Positions 27,213 to 36,700 of a stretch of DNA of 63,166 nucleotides are shown one piece after another. Position 1 is the first letter of the stretch. Each line of letters opens with the position of its first letter. Made by a program: the position numbers and the translations under genes. Origin of the DNA: an uncultured Thermoplasmatales archaeon (GTDB lineage: Archaea; Thermoplasmatota; E2; DHVEG-1); contig CAZQEU010000001.1 of NCBI GenBank assembly GCA_964592335.1, positions 1 to 63,166 on the forward strand, written 5' to 3'. The notes beneath the pieces were generated by a model. The model worked only from the letters and a program-made list of their open reading frames with translations, was not told the DNA's origin and searched no databases.

Positions 27213-27587
27213 ATGGATTACAAAGAAATAGCATTTAAAACAGATACAAAACAAATCAGGATTAAATGCGAAGTTGCAGAAACATTTAATGAAAAAACAA
27301 ATGGATTAATGCATAGAGAAAAACTTGAAAAAAACACAGGGATGCTTTTTTCTTTTATGTTTCCATGGTATCGTTTTTTCTGGATGAAAAACGTAAAAAT
27401 ACCCTTAGATATAATATTTGTAAACAGTAAAAATAAGATAATTAAGATACATGAGGCAAAAGTTGAAAAAGGTTTTTTTTACAAATTTTATTCAAGCCAT
27501 GGCCTATGCAAATATGTAATCGAAACAAATATGGGTTTTTGTAAAAAAAACAATATTAGAGAAAACCAGGAAATAGATATAATATAA
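27213..27587 (+). CDS. DUF192 domain protein
   Basis: GLMHREKLEKNTGMLFSF...FWMKNVKIPLDIIFVNSKNKIIKIHE matches the DUF192 pattern. Confidence 0.8.
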   Translation: MDYKEIAFKTDTKQIRIKCEVAETFNEKTNGLMHREKLEKNTGMLFSFMFPWYRFFWMKNVKIPLDIIFVNSKNKIIKIHEAKVEKGFFYKFYSSHGLCKYVIETNMGFCKKNNIRENQEIDII

Positions 27588-27899
27588 ATTTTTATCATTT
27601 TGAAAAAATAACAGATAGAGTTTATAAACAAGTATTTTTAAAAGTATATACTGAGGAAGAGAAAAACATGTTAAATAAAAAAAATGAAAAACCTAAAAAC
27701 AAACTATCCAAAAAGAAAATATCAATAAAAAGAAACTACTCTTTTGGATTTATAACTGGAGATTACAACTAAATTTTTTTAACGGTTTTTTATAGTTTTA
27801 ATTACCTCATATTAAGTGTTTTAAATAAATAATTTTATAATTATGTTCCCTATTACGTTTTATGGGTGGAAATACTCTATTATTTAGGAGGATATTGTT

Positions 27900-29846
27900 T
27901 TGACAAAAATCACAGCAAATGACCTTGCAAAAAAACAGAAAAAAATCTCTGTTGCAGAATTTTTTGAGAAAAATAAACATATTCTAGGTTTTGGAAATCC
28001 AACAAGAGCTCTTGTCACAAGTGTAAAAGAAGCAGTTGATAACTGTTTAGATGCATGTGAAGAAGCAGATATACTACCTGAGATTTATGTTGAAATTAAA
28101 AACGGTGGAGATGAAGGAGAAACTACTTTAATTATAGAAGACAACGGGCCAGGTATTGTAAAAAAACAGATAAAACATATTTTCGGTCGACTCCTGTATG
28201 GCTCTCGTTTCCATGAGATCAGGCAAAGCCGCGGTCAACAAGGAATCGGTATATCAGCTGTAGTTTTATACAGTCAACTTAGCACTGGTAGACACTCTAT
28301 TATAAAATCAAAAACAAGTGAGGATCTACCTGCAAATATTGTAGAGCTTGCAATTAATACAAATAAAAACCGTGCAGAAGTAATAAAATATGATACCATT
28401 CACTGGGAAAAAACCCATGGAACCCGTTTTGAATCAAGGATAATTTCAGATTATAAACGTGGAAGGCGTTTTGTATATGATTATTTACAGAGCACATCAA
28501 TAGTTAATCCTCATGCAAAAATCATTTTTAAAGAACCAGATGGTAGCGAACATATATTTGAGCGTACAGCAGAAGAAATACCTCCAAAATCAGAATCAAT
28601 TAAGCCGCATCCTCATGGTGTAGAACTAGGAACACTAATAAAAATGGCTAAATACACAAAGGCACGTAAACTCTCTAGTTTTTTAAAAACCGAGTTTAGC
28701 AGTATGGGGCAGCGTGCTACAGAAGATGCCATTAGAAAAGCAGGTCTTGAAAAAGACTTTAAACCAGATAAAATGTCCAGAGAACAATTCCTTAGCCTTC
28801 ACAAAGCTTTCAAAAAAACCAAGGTTATGGCCCCTTCAACTGATTGCCTATCGCCAATAGGCGACATGCTGATTAAAAGGAGTCTGCGTAGAGAAACCGC
28901 TGAGATTTCACCAGAGTTTATTTTCACCTCATCCAGACCTGCATCGGTTTATTCAGGAAATCCATTCAAAGTGGAAGTAGGGCTAGTTTATGGAGGAAGC
29001 CTTGCAAAAGATGAAACAGTTAGAATAATGCGTTTTGCAAACCGTGTCCCTCTCCTGTATCAACAAGGAGGATGTATTACAACCAAAGCTATATCCTCTA
29101 TCGACTGGCGTAGATATGGACTTGATCAAAAAGGAGGTAGAGGTATTCCCTCAGGACCTGCGATATTACTTGTACATGTTGCATCAACTCAGATTCCTTT
29201 TACATCTGAAAGCAAAGAAGCAATTGCAGATGTTGATGAAATAAAAAAAGAAGTACAATTAGCCTTCAGAGAATGTGCACGTAGAGTAAAAAAACACATT
29301 AATAAAAAAGCAAAACGGCAAAAAACACGTGAGAAATTTGATTTAATTACTAAAATATTACCAGAAATTGCTAAAAAATCCTCTGAAATGTTGAATAAAC
29401 CAGTTCCAAAACTAGATCCTATAATAACAAAGATAATGGATGTAGTATGGATTGAAGATTTGATAGAGTATGAAAAAGTAAAAAGAGAAGGAGTAATACA
29501 AACTAAATTAACTGATAATTCTGAGGAGGAAGATGATCCAAGATTTGGAGTTATCACCAAAAGTAAAATCATGGTTGTAAACTATAAAGGAAAACCTCAA
29601 AAATTTAGTTTATACACGCTTATACCAAAAGAAGCAGTAGTAGGAAATGTAGAACCTAAACCAGATAAAATAGCTGAAAATTACATAAAATGGAAACTAC
29701 CAGCTATTGACCCTGCAAATAAAATAGATATCTCTTTTGAGTTGGCAGGGCTTAAAGAAGGGGATTTTGATGAAAATGATCTTTACACAGAGCAAATCAA
29801 TCCAACATATGTGATTGGTGCTGACAAATGGGAAGGAGGCAACTAG
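27900..29846 (+). CDS. top6B: DNA topoisomerase VI subunit B
   Basis: TTG start after a [42 protein letters not shown] (GHKL Bergerat fold N-box), EDNGPGI and GQQGIGISA. Transducer domain plus a C-terminal extension. Confidence 0.9.
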   Translation: MTKITANDLAKKQKKISVAEFFEKNKHILGFGNPTRALVTSVKEAVDNCLDACEEADILPEIYVEIKNGGDEGETTLIIEDNGPGIVKKQIKHIFGRLLYGSRFHEIRQSRGQQGIGISAVVLYSQLSTGRHSIIKSKTSEDLPANIVELAINTNKNRAEVIKYDTIHWEKTHGTRFESRIISDYKRGRRFVYDYLQSTSIVNPHAKIIFKEPDGSEHIFERTAEEIPPKSESIKPHPHGVELGTLIKMAKYTKARKLSSFLKTEFSSMGQRATEDAIRKAGLEKDFKPDKMSREQFLSLHKAFKKTKVMAPSTDCLSPIGDMLIKRSLRRETAEISPEFIFTSSRPASVYSGNPFKVEVGLVYGGSLAKDETVRIMRFANRVPLLYQQGGCITTKAISSIDWRRYGLDQKGGRGIPSGPAILLVHVASTQIPFTSESKEAIADVDEIKKEVQLAFRECARRVKKHINKKAKRQKTREKFDLITKILPEIAKKSSEMLNKPVPKLDPIITKIMDVVWIEDLIEYEKVKREGVIQTKLTDNSEEEDDPRFGVITKSKIMVVNYKGKPQKFSLYTLIPKEAVVGNVEPKPDKIAENYIKWKLPAIDPANKIDISFELAGLKEGDFDENDLYTEQINPTYVIGADKWEGGN

Positions 29847-29848
29847 AG

Positions 29849-30946
29849 ATGAAAAAAGATTACTCAGATGTAATCAAAAAAATTGATGCTATCGCATATA
29901 AAGTCTATGATGATTTTGATAAACATCATATCCCAAACATTGCAATCCCAACTAGGACTAAATCAAACATTGATTTTGATGAAAAATTAAATGTCTGGAA
30001 ATATGGAAAAAACAGATCCGAGCGTTCTGCTAAATCATTGAAAGGAGCATATATGCTTCTTAGAACAATGTATATGACAGAGTTTATTAAAAACATGATA
30101 AAAGCTGAGAAATCCTCTACCTTAAGAGAAATGTATTACATCTCTGAAGGATGGGATATGGCAAAGTTTCATTCACAAGGAGAATCCAATCTTCTTGCAG
30201 AGGATTTAGAGGTAATTACCAGCTGTATGCGCGAAGATTTCAAGTTAAGACCCGAGGAAGACGGTGCAAGGGTGATGGGAAATATTACTGTCGAGGAGAT
30301 TACCAGAAATAAAAAGAAAAGACAGATTCACTGTCAAGAAGACGTTGGAGATGCAGGATATAGCATTCCTTATAATGTTGAGCCTGAGAAAATCAAGTTT
30401 AAAAAAGCTGATGCTGATTTTATTTTAGCAATAGAGACCGGTGGTATGTTTGACAGGTTAGTTGAAAATGGTTTTGATCAAGAAAGCAGAGCAATACTTG
30501 TGCATCTTAAGGGTCAACCTGCACGTTCGACACGGCGTTTTATACAGAGGCTTAATAGTGAAAAGAAACTACCTGTTCTTGTTTTTACTGACTGTGACCC
30601 ATGGAGTTATCGGATATTTGGTAGTGTTGCATATGGTGCTATAAAAACCGCTCATATATCAGAGTATCTTGCAACACCATCTGCTCAATATTTAGGTGTT
30701 ACACCTTCAGATATCAAAAACTATGATTTACCAACAGATGATCTTACAAAAGAAGATGTAAATGCATTGAAAAGTGAGCTTACAGATCCTCGTTTTCAAG
30801 ATAGTTTCTGGAAAGGTGAGATAAAACTTCAGCTTAAAATAGGTAAAAAATCAGAGCAGCAGGCTCTTGCAAAATATGGTCTTGATTACGTTACTGATAC
30901 GTATCTACCTGAAAAATTAACAGAGATGGGGCTGATCAAAAAATAA
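29849..30946 (+). CDS. top6A: DNA topoisomerase VI subunit A (Spo11 family)
   Basis: Motifs STLREMYY (catalytic Tyr region), [13 protein letters not shown] and [12 protein letters not shown] (Toprim). ATG 29849 follows a GGAGG SD and the top6B stop. An in-frame ATG also exists at 29828. Confidence 0.9.
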   Translation: MKKDYSDVIKKIDAIAYKVYDDFDKHHIPNIAIPTRTKSNIDFDEKLNVWKYGKNRSERSAKSLKGAYMLLRTMYMTEFIKNMIKAEKSSTLREMYYISEGWDMAKFHSQGESNLLAEDLEVITSCMREDFKLRPEEDGARVMGNITVEEITRNKKKRQIHCQEDVGDAGYSIPYNVEPEKIKFKKADADFILAIETGGMFDRLVENGFDQESRAILVHLKGQPARSTRRFIQRLNSEKKLPVLVFTDCDPWSYRIFGSVAYGAIKTAHISEYLATPSAQYLGVTPSDIKNYDLPTDDLTKEDVNALKSELTDPRFQDSFWKGEIKLQLKIGKKSEQQALAKYGLDYVTDTYLPEKLTEMGLIKK

Positions 30947-30948
30947 GA

Positions 30949-31419
30949 CTAAACATCCGTGTTTTTTTGTTCTTCATTGTCTTTCCACAACTCACCTGGA
31001 TGAACCATAAGTGCTCTGAGACGAAGGATGCTCTGTTCATCAAGTTCTACATATGTTTTACTAAATATTCCTCCTTGCATCCCTTTAGGATAAGTAAAGA
31101 TATGTACTTTTTTACCATTTATAAACTCAGGTTTAGTTTTTTTAGTCACAACAGTTTTTTCTTTAATACGAGTATATTTAAAATACAGAGCAAGTTCAAT
31201 TATTATTAAAAACGATATTATTATACTATCAATTAGAAGCCAAATATCAAGACTTATCAAAGCCCAATCATAAGCATAGTTCCAGAAAAGTATACCTAAA
31301 AAAAGAATTCCAGTCCATAAAACAACAATCATTCCTATTAAAAAGATTATTTTTGTTAAAAGAGAATATTTATTTTTTTCTGTTTCAATAAAATCTTTTT
31401 GTTTTTTTGATGTTTCCAT
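30949..31419 (-). CDS. Membrane protein, unknown function
   Basis: Three hydrophobic helices are followed by a soluble C-terminal domain. No family recognised. Confidence 0.5.
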   Translation of the reverse strand: METSKKQKDFIETEKNKYSLLTKIIFLIGMIVVLWTGILFLGILFWNYAYDWALISLDIWLLIDSIIISFLIIIELALYFKYTRIKEKTVVTKKTKPEFINGKKVHIFTYPKGMQGGIFSKTYVELDEQSILRLRALMVHPGELWKDNEEQKNTDV

Positions 31420-31471
31420 AGGTTACAACCTTGTAATATGTATCATAATTCTATACTTTTAATTTTTCTAT

Positions 31472-32035
31472 TTATAAATTTTTAAAAAAATCAAGCAATT
31501 TATCTAATGCTTTTCCTCTATGAGAAAAAATGTTTTTTTCTTCAACAGACATTTCAGCAAATGTTTTTTCTTTGTTTTTTGGTATAAAAATAGGGTCATA
31601 ACCAAAACCATTACTTCCTTTTTCTTCAAAAGATATTTTTCCTAAAGAATTTCCTATAAAAAAATTTGGTTTTTTATCTGGCTTTGCATATGCATAAACT
31701 GATCTAAAAACTGCACTGCGTTTTTTTGAACTTGTTTTTTTCATAAGATTTAATATTCCTCTACATCCGATAGTATGAAAAACATATGCAGAATAAACCC
31801 CTGGAAAACCATTAAGTGTATCAATGAAAAGACCTGCATCCTCTAAAATAAAGGGTTTATCAAAGTTCTTTAAAACATGCTGAACTCCATAAGATGCAAC
31901 ATCTCCTAGTTTTTCTGCTTGAATTTCAGGGTAACCAAGGTTTTTTTGGACAATATTGATTCCTATTTCTGAAAACTTTTTTTTGGCTTCTAAAACCTTT
32001 CCTTTATTACCTGTAATAAAATAGATCTCTTTCAT
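31472..32035 (-). CDS. Non-canonical purine NTP pyrophosphatase (HAM1/RdgB/ITPase family)
   Basis: FITGNKGKVLEAKK...EDAGLFIDTLNGFPGVYSA...GFGYDPIF...SHRGKAL are family motifs. Confidence 0.85.
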   Translation of the reverse strand: MKEIYFITGNKGKVLEAKKKFSEIGINIVQKNLGYPEIQAEKLGDVASYGVQHVLKNFDKPFILEDAGLFIDTLNGFPGVYSAYVFHTIGCRGILNLMKKTSSKKRSAVFRSVYAYAKPDKKPNFFIGNSLGKISFEEKGSNGFGYDPIFIPKNKEKTFAEMSVEEKNIFSHRGKALDKLLDFFKNL

Positions 32036-32655
32036 CTGTATCTTCCTCTTTTTACTATTTCATCTATTTTCTTTTTAACAAAATTTGCTTTATCTTTCAT
32101 TATTTCCTTGTATCCCTCAAATACGTAATCAAAACAATTTGAATATTTAGAATGAGTTGATTCAAGTGCCTCCATGAGCACATGTAAATCTACTCCTTTT
32201 GCTTCAACCTCTGTATTTATTTCTCCAAGTCCAAAGTCTATGAAATAAACATGGTCATCTAAAAGTATCATATTTGATGTTGTAATATCTCCATGGATTA
32301 TATCATTTTTATGAAGAAGAGCAATATTTTTACCAATTTTTTTACATAGTTTTTTTCTCTGCTCTTCATTAATTTTGTCTAAAATATCTTTTACTCGTCT
32401 ACCTTCTAGATTCTGCATCCTTATAATTCCTTGATCTAAATCAATGTCATATATAATTGGGACAGAAACACCACTTTTACGTGCTTGTATGATTAGTTTT
32501 GCTTCTTCTTTTGTACGAGATGATATAAGTCTATCATCGATTTCTTTTATTCTATATTTTTTTTTAACTCTTCTTTTTTCAATTACATCAGAACCCAAAT
32601 ATTTTGATGAAATTATTTCTGCTTCAGCGCCTCTATAGATTATCTTGTTAGTCAC
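32032..32655 (-). CDS. bud32: KEOPS complex Bud32 kinase/ATPase
   Basis: RGAEAEI start and the small RIO-like kinase core IIHGDITTSNMIL...YFIDFGLG. Overlaps kae1 by 8 nt and the HAM1 gene by 4 nt. Confidence 0.85.
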   Translation of the reverse strand: MTNKIIYRGAEAEIISSKYLGSDVIEKRRVKKKYRIKEIDDRLISSRTKEEAKLIIQARKSGVSVPIIYDIDLDQGIIRMQNLEGRRVKDILDKINEEQRKKLCKKIGKNIALLHKNDIIHGDITTSNMILLDDHVYFIDFGLGEINTEVEAKGVDLHVLMEALESTHSKYSNCFDYVFEGYKEIMKDKANFVKKKIDEIVKRGRYR

Positions 32656-33664
32656 GCCATGTCACATCCACCATATCTGTTCTAAATCTTTGGTCTATAA
32701 AACTATTCTCAACATTCATTCTAACTCCACTATTATACATTAGAATTCCAAGCCATGCAATCATAGCACCATTATCAACACAAAGATCTCTACTTGGAAC
32801 AAAAAAAGAGACACCTCTCTCATTTGCCATAGTTTTTACCATGTCCCTCAGTCTTTTGTTACTTGCTACACCGCCACCTAGTAAAACCTCTTTTTTTTCT
32901 ATATGAGCCATAGCTCTCTCTGTTACCTCGGTAAGTGCTGCAAATGTTGTTTCCTGAATAGAATAACAGATATCTTCTAGTTTTTGACCTGATTTAAAGT
33001 ATTGTAAAGCAGATGTTAAAAGACCTGAAAACGCTATATCCATACCTTTTATTGTATAAGGTAAATCCAGATATTTTCTACCTTTTAAAGCAAGTTTTTC
33101 AATCTTAGGTCCACATGGAAAATCAAGGCCTACTTCTCTTCCAAATTTATCCAGACAGTTTCCAATACCAATATCAAGTGTTTCACCAAAAACACGGTAT
33201 TTTCCTTCTGCAAAACCAATTACTTGTGTATTTGCACCAGATGTATACAAAAGAACAGGATCAAAACAATTATCAATTGTTCCACGGCCTACTTCAATAT
33301 GTGCGACACAATGATTTACACCCATAAGTGGTTTTTTAAGTGAAAGTGAAAGCGCACGAGCAGCTGTAGCAGCGGTACGCAGACAAGGCCCTAGACCCGG
33401 GCCCTGTGAAAAAGAAACAAGATCGATATCATCAAAAGAAACACCAGATTCTTCCATTGATTCTTTAATTAAATCAGCGACATGTGTTGCATGATGATTT
33501 GCAGCTTCTCTAGGATGAATTCCACCATGCTCAGGTCTGTAAATTTTGATAAGATTAGAAAGAACTTTGCATTTTTGTTTTTCTTTTTTAACAACTCCTA
33601 ATCCTATCGAATGAGCTGTTCCTTCTATTCCAATGCTTATCATTGTAAACATCTTGGAAAACAT
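32648..33664 (-). CDS. kae1: tRNA N6-adenosine threonylcarbamoyltransferase Kae1
   Basis: GIEGTAHSIGLGVV, HPREAANHH, GVNHCVAHIEVG and LGGGVASNKRLR motifs. The start is ambiguous among the first Met codons. Confidence 0.9.
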   Translation of the reverse strand: MFSKMFTMISIGIEGTAHSIGLGVVKKEKQKCKVLSNLIKIYRPEHGGIHPREAANHHATHVADLIKESMEESGVSFDDIDLVSFSQGPGLGPCLRTAATAARALSLSLKKPLMGVNHCVAHIEVGRGTIDNCFDPVLLYTSGANTQVIGFAEGKYRVFGETLDIGIGNCLDKFGREVGLDFPCGPKIEKLALKGRKYLDLPYTIKGMDIAFSGLLTSALQYFKSGQKLEDICYSIQETTFAALTEVTERAMAHIEKKEVLLGGGVASNKRLRDMVKTMANERGVSFFVPSRDLCVDNGAMIAWLGILMYNSGVRMNVENSFIDQRFRTDMVDVTWRD

Positions 33665-33705
33665 ACTGGTGTATAAAATAAATTTGGTTGGAAAAAAAAG
33701 ATTAT

Positions 33706-36700
33706 TTAGTAATGATAATAATTTTCATCATCTTGATTAACGTCAGTATCTTGATCTTTTTTCTCCAAGCTAAGAACTCCTGTCTTAAATAGAATAAATA
33801 TTGCAGATATAATTGCTATAATTACGATGGTTATTATGATTATCATTAGCCAAGGTAAATCATCTGATGGTTCTTCTTTTGAATATGTATGAACACTATT
33901 GCTAGCAGGATCATATACATGATCCCATTTTTCATCGCCTCCCATATCCAAAAGATAGCTTCCATCATCTAATATTTTAGTATCAGTTACAACTCCTTTA
34001 TTTTGATAATAAAGCTTTTCAAAAATACCATCTAAGTCTGCATCTATCAAGTAATAGCTGCTATTAATCTTTTTAACATCGTTTTTATTTATTTTGTTAG
34101 ATCCAATTGCATCTTCTATAGTATCAGTTAACCCGTCCCCATCATCGTCACCATCATAATCATCTGGGATTCTGTTTCCATCGGTATCTATCGGATAAAT
34201 ACTAGAATTAGTATAATTATAGCCATATTTCTTCTCTTCTTCATCTGACCAGCCATCTGCATCTGTATCTAGTTTAATTGTTGCAATAGTTGAATCTGTG
34301 ATACTATACTTTTCATCATCTGTAACTATCAATTTTATTGTAAATTTTCCATGTGTATTATAGATATGAGATGTTTTTTTATTATAATCTTTAGTTCCAT
34401 CTCCAAAATCCCATGTGTAATTTACAATTGTTCCGTTATCATAACTTTTTGATCCGTCAAAAATTATTTTTTTATAGGTCAAACCACTATATGGTCCACC
34501 AGCATCAGCAACAGGAGGATTTAGACTTTCTGGAACTTTAATTGTGGCATTTGTGGTATCGCTATTTGAAGATGAACCATCACTTACTGTAAGAGTTACA
34601 GTATATGTACCTGCAGATGCATATGAATATGTTGTTGTTTCACCAGTATCTGTATTTCCATCTCCAAAATTCCAACTATATGTGAGAGTATCTTCATCTG
34701 GATCAGAACTACTTGAACCATCAAAAGTTATTTCAGAATTTATCATACCACTATATGGCCCACCTGAATTTGCTGTAGGGGGATTATTAGTAGGAGCCGC
34801 AGGGGGAGGACTTGACCCGGAAGGAGAAGAGGACTGTTGATTGTTAACAGTGATAGAAGTTGTATTTGATGTATATCCAGTTTTTGAAGCGGTAATTATT
34901 TTAGAGGTATCAGATGATACTGATGGTGCTTTTAAAGTCGCCTGGCCATTAGAGTTCGTTGTATCATTATCTCCTTGTATGCTTACCAATGCATTTTCAA
35001 CATAGGTATTTCCTAATGTTTTCACTGTAACAGTAAAATCACGTCCTTCAGTAATAGATGACGGTGCATCATTTATTATAAGAATAATATAATCCTCAAA
35101 CTGTGAAACTAGTGGATAAGTATCATTATTAACGCCGCCAGTTATATTATATGGTGTATCGTAGATACCATTTGAGTAGCTGGCATTAGGATAATGTGTA
35201 GTGTAATCTCCCCAGTAGTTTCCCTCTAAAAGTGTTGTGTTGTACCAGGTATTATTATCACCAGTATCATTTGCATTTATTCCATTATTTATCATATTGT
35301 TATGATATATACTATTATTATTTGATTTTATTTTAATTCCAAATTCTAAATTATTCAATATATTATTTTTTGTAAGTATATTATTATTGGGATTCCCCGA
35401 TTCAAATAAATATATTCCTTCGTTATTATGAGAAATATTATTGTTATTTAATAAATTATAATTGCTACCCGTGCCTAATGATATTGCATTTCTGCTGTTA
35501 TTTAAATAATTATTTGAAATTGTATTATTACAAGAAAAACCAAGACATATTGATGTATTAAGAGATCCCTTGCATAAGGAAACACTATTGTTTAAAATTA
35601 AATTACTATTAGAATATGTTAAACTTATACTTTCATTATTGTATGTGAGAATATTATTTGATATCTCGTTATTATCACAATAACAAAGATCTACGCCTTT
35701 ATAATTATTAGAAATAAAATTTGATAATATAGTATTATTATCACAGTAACATCTCTGCAGATTTATTCCATAGGTATTATTTATAATACGATTATCTTGT
35801 ATAGTGATAGAACTCAAACCTTGATAAATATCTATACCAGAATCCCAACCTGGCCCCCATATTGAATTACCTGAATTTTTTATTGTACAACTTTTTATCG
35901 TTATAGAACTTGCATTAATAGTTATTACATCATTCTGACCACTTCCATCGATAACCGTGCCTGTTCTATTCTCGCCAATTAATTTCATTGATTTATTTAT
36001 AAAAATGTTCTCTGCATATGTTCCATTGTAAATATGTATAAAGCCACCTAGACTGATATTATCAATTGCATCTTGTATACTATCAAAATGATCGAAATGC
36101 CATCCTGGGGTTGTACTATTGTAATCATCGTTAACCAGGAACTGAGGTATAGTAGGTTCATAGCATAAAGGATATAAGTCCTGGTTACTACCTCCATTTA
36201 TTGAATAAGCAGTATCACCAATCCCATCATTGTTTGCATCTAATCCATTGTAATCATCGTAATAATTTCCTAAAGAATATTGTTGATTATACCAGTTATT
36301 TGTACCAAGATCTCTAGCATTATCACTGTTAGATTTTATCGTATTATAATAAAAGCTATTATTTTCACAGGAGCTATCAATATCTATACCTTTTGATGTT
36401 GTGTTACTTATCGTATTCTTGTAGAAAGTATTATTATTCGATGAATATGAAATTGCTAAACCTGAAAGATTACTGTTGTTTATGATATTGTTCTGCATTG
36501 TATTGTTATTTGAATACCCAGAAATCAATCCATAATCACAATTATGAATGTTATTATTATTGATTGTACTTGTATTCATAAAATATGGATATACACCTCC
36601 ATAACAGTCATTAAATAAATTGTTTTGTAAACTGTTATTCTTTCCCCATATCATTGATCCCATTACTAATTTAATGTCAATTCCAAAGAAATCAAGTGTT

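Noticed and set aside
27900-29846. Top6B is long (648 aa), which might suggest an unusual fusion.
   Set aside because: Methanosarcina-type Top6B proteins are known to carry an extra C-terminal domain, so the length alone is not anomalous.
29828-29848. The upstream in-frame ATG that the ORF track uses for top6A.
   Set aside because: It overlaps the end of top6B, and the GGAGG it contains is positioned as the SD for ATG 29849. The downstream start is more plausible, although it is not proven.
34544-34840. 98-aa plus-strand ORF inside the subtilisin gene. The same applies to 36620-36844, 38112-38300 and 38125-38376.
   Set aside because: It is antisense or out of frame relative to the PKD/S8 coding region. 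The repetitive Gly/Pro/Val composition mirrors the sense-strand Ser/Pro/Thr linker.
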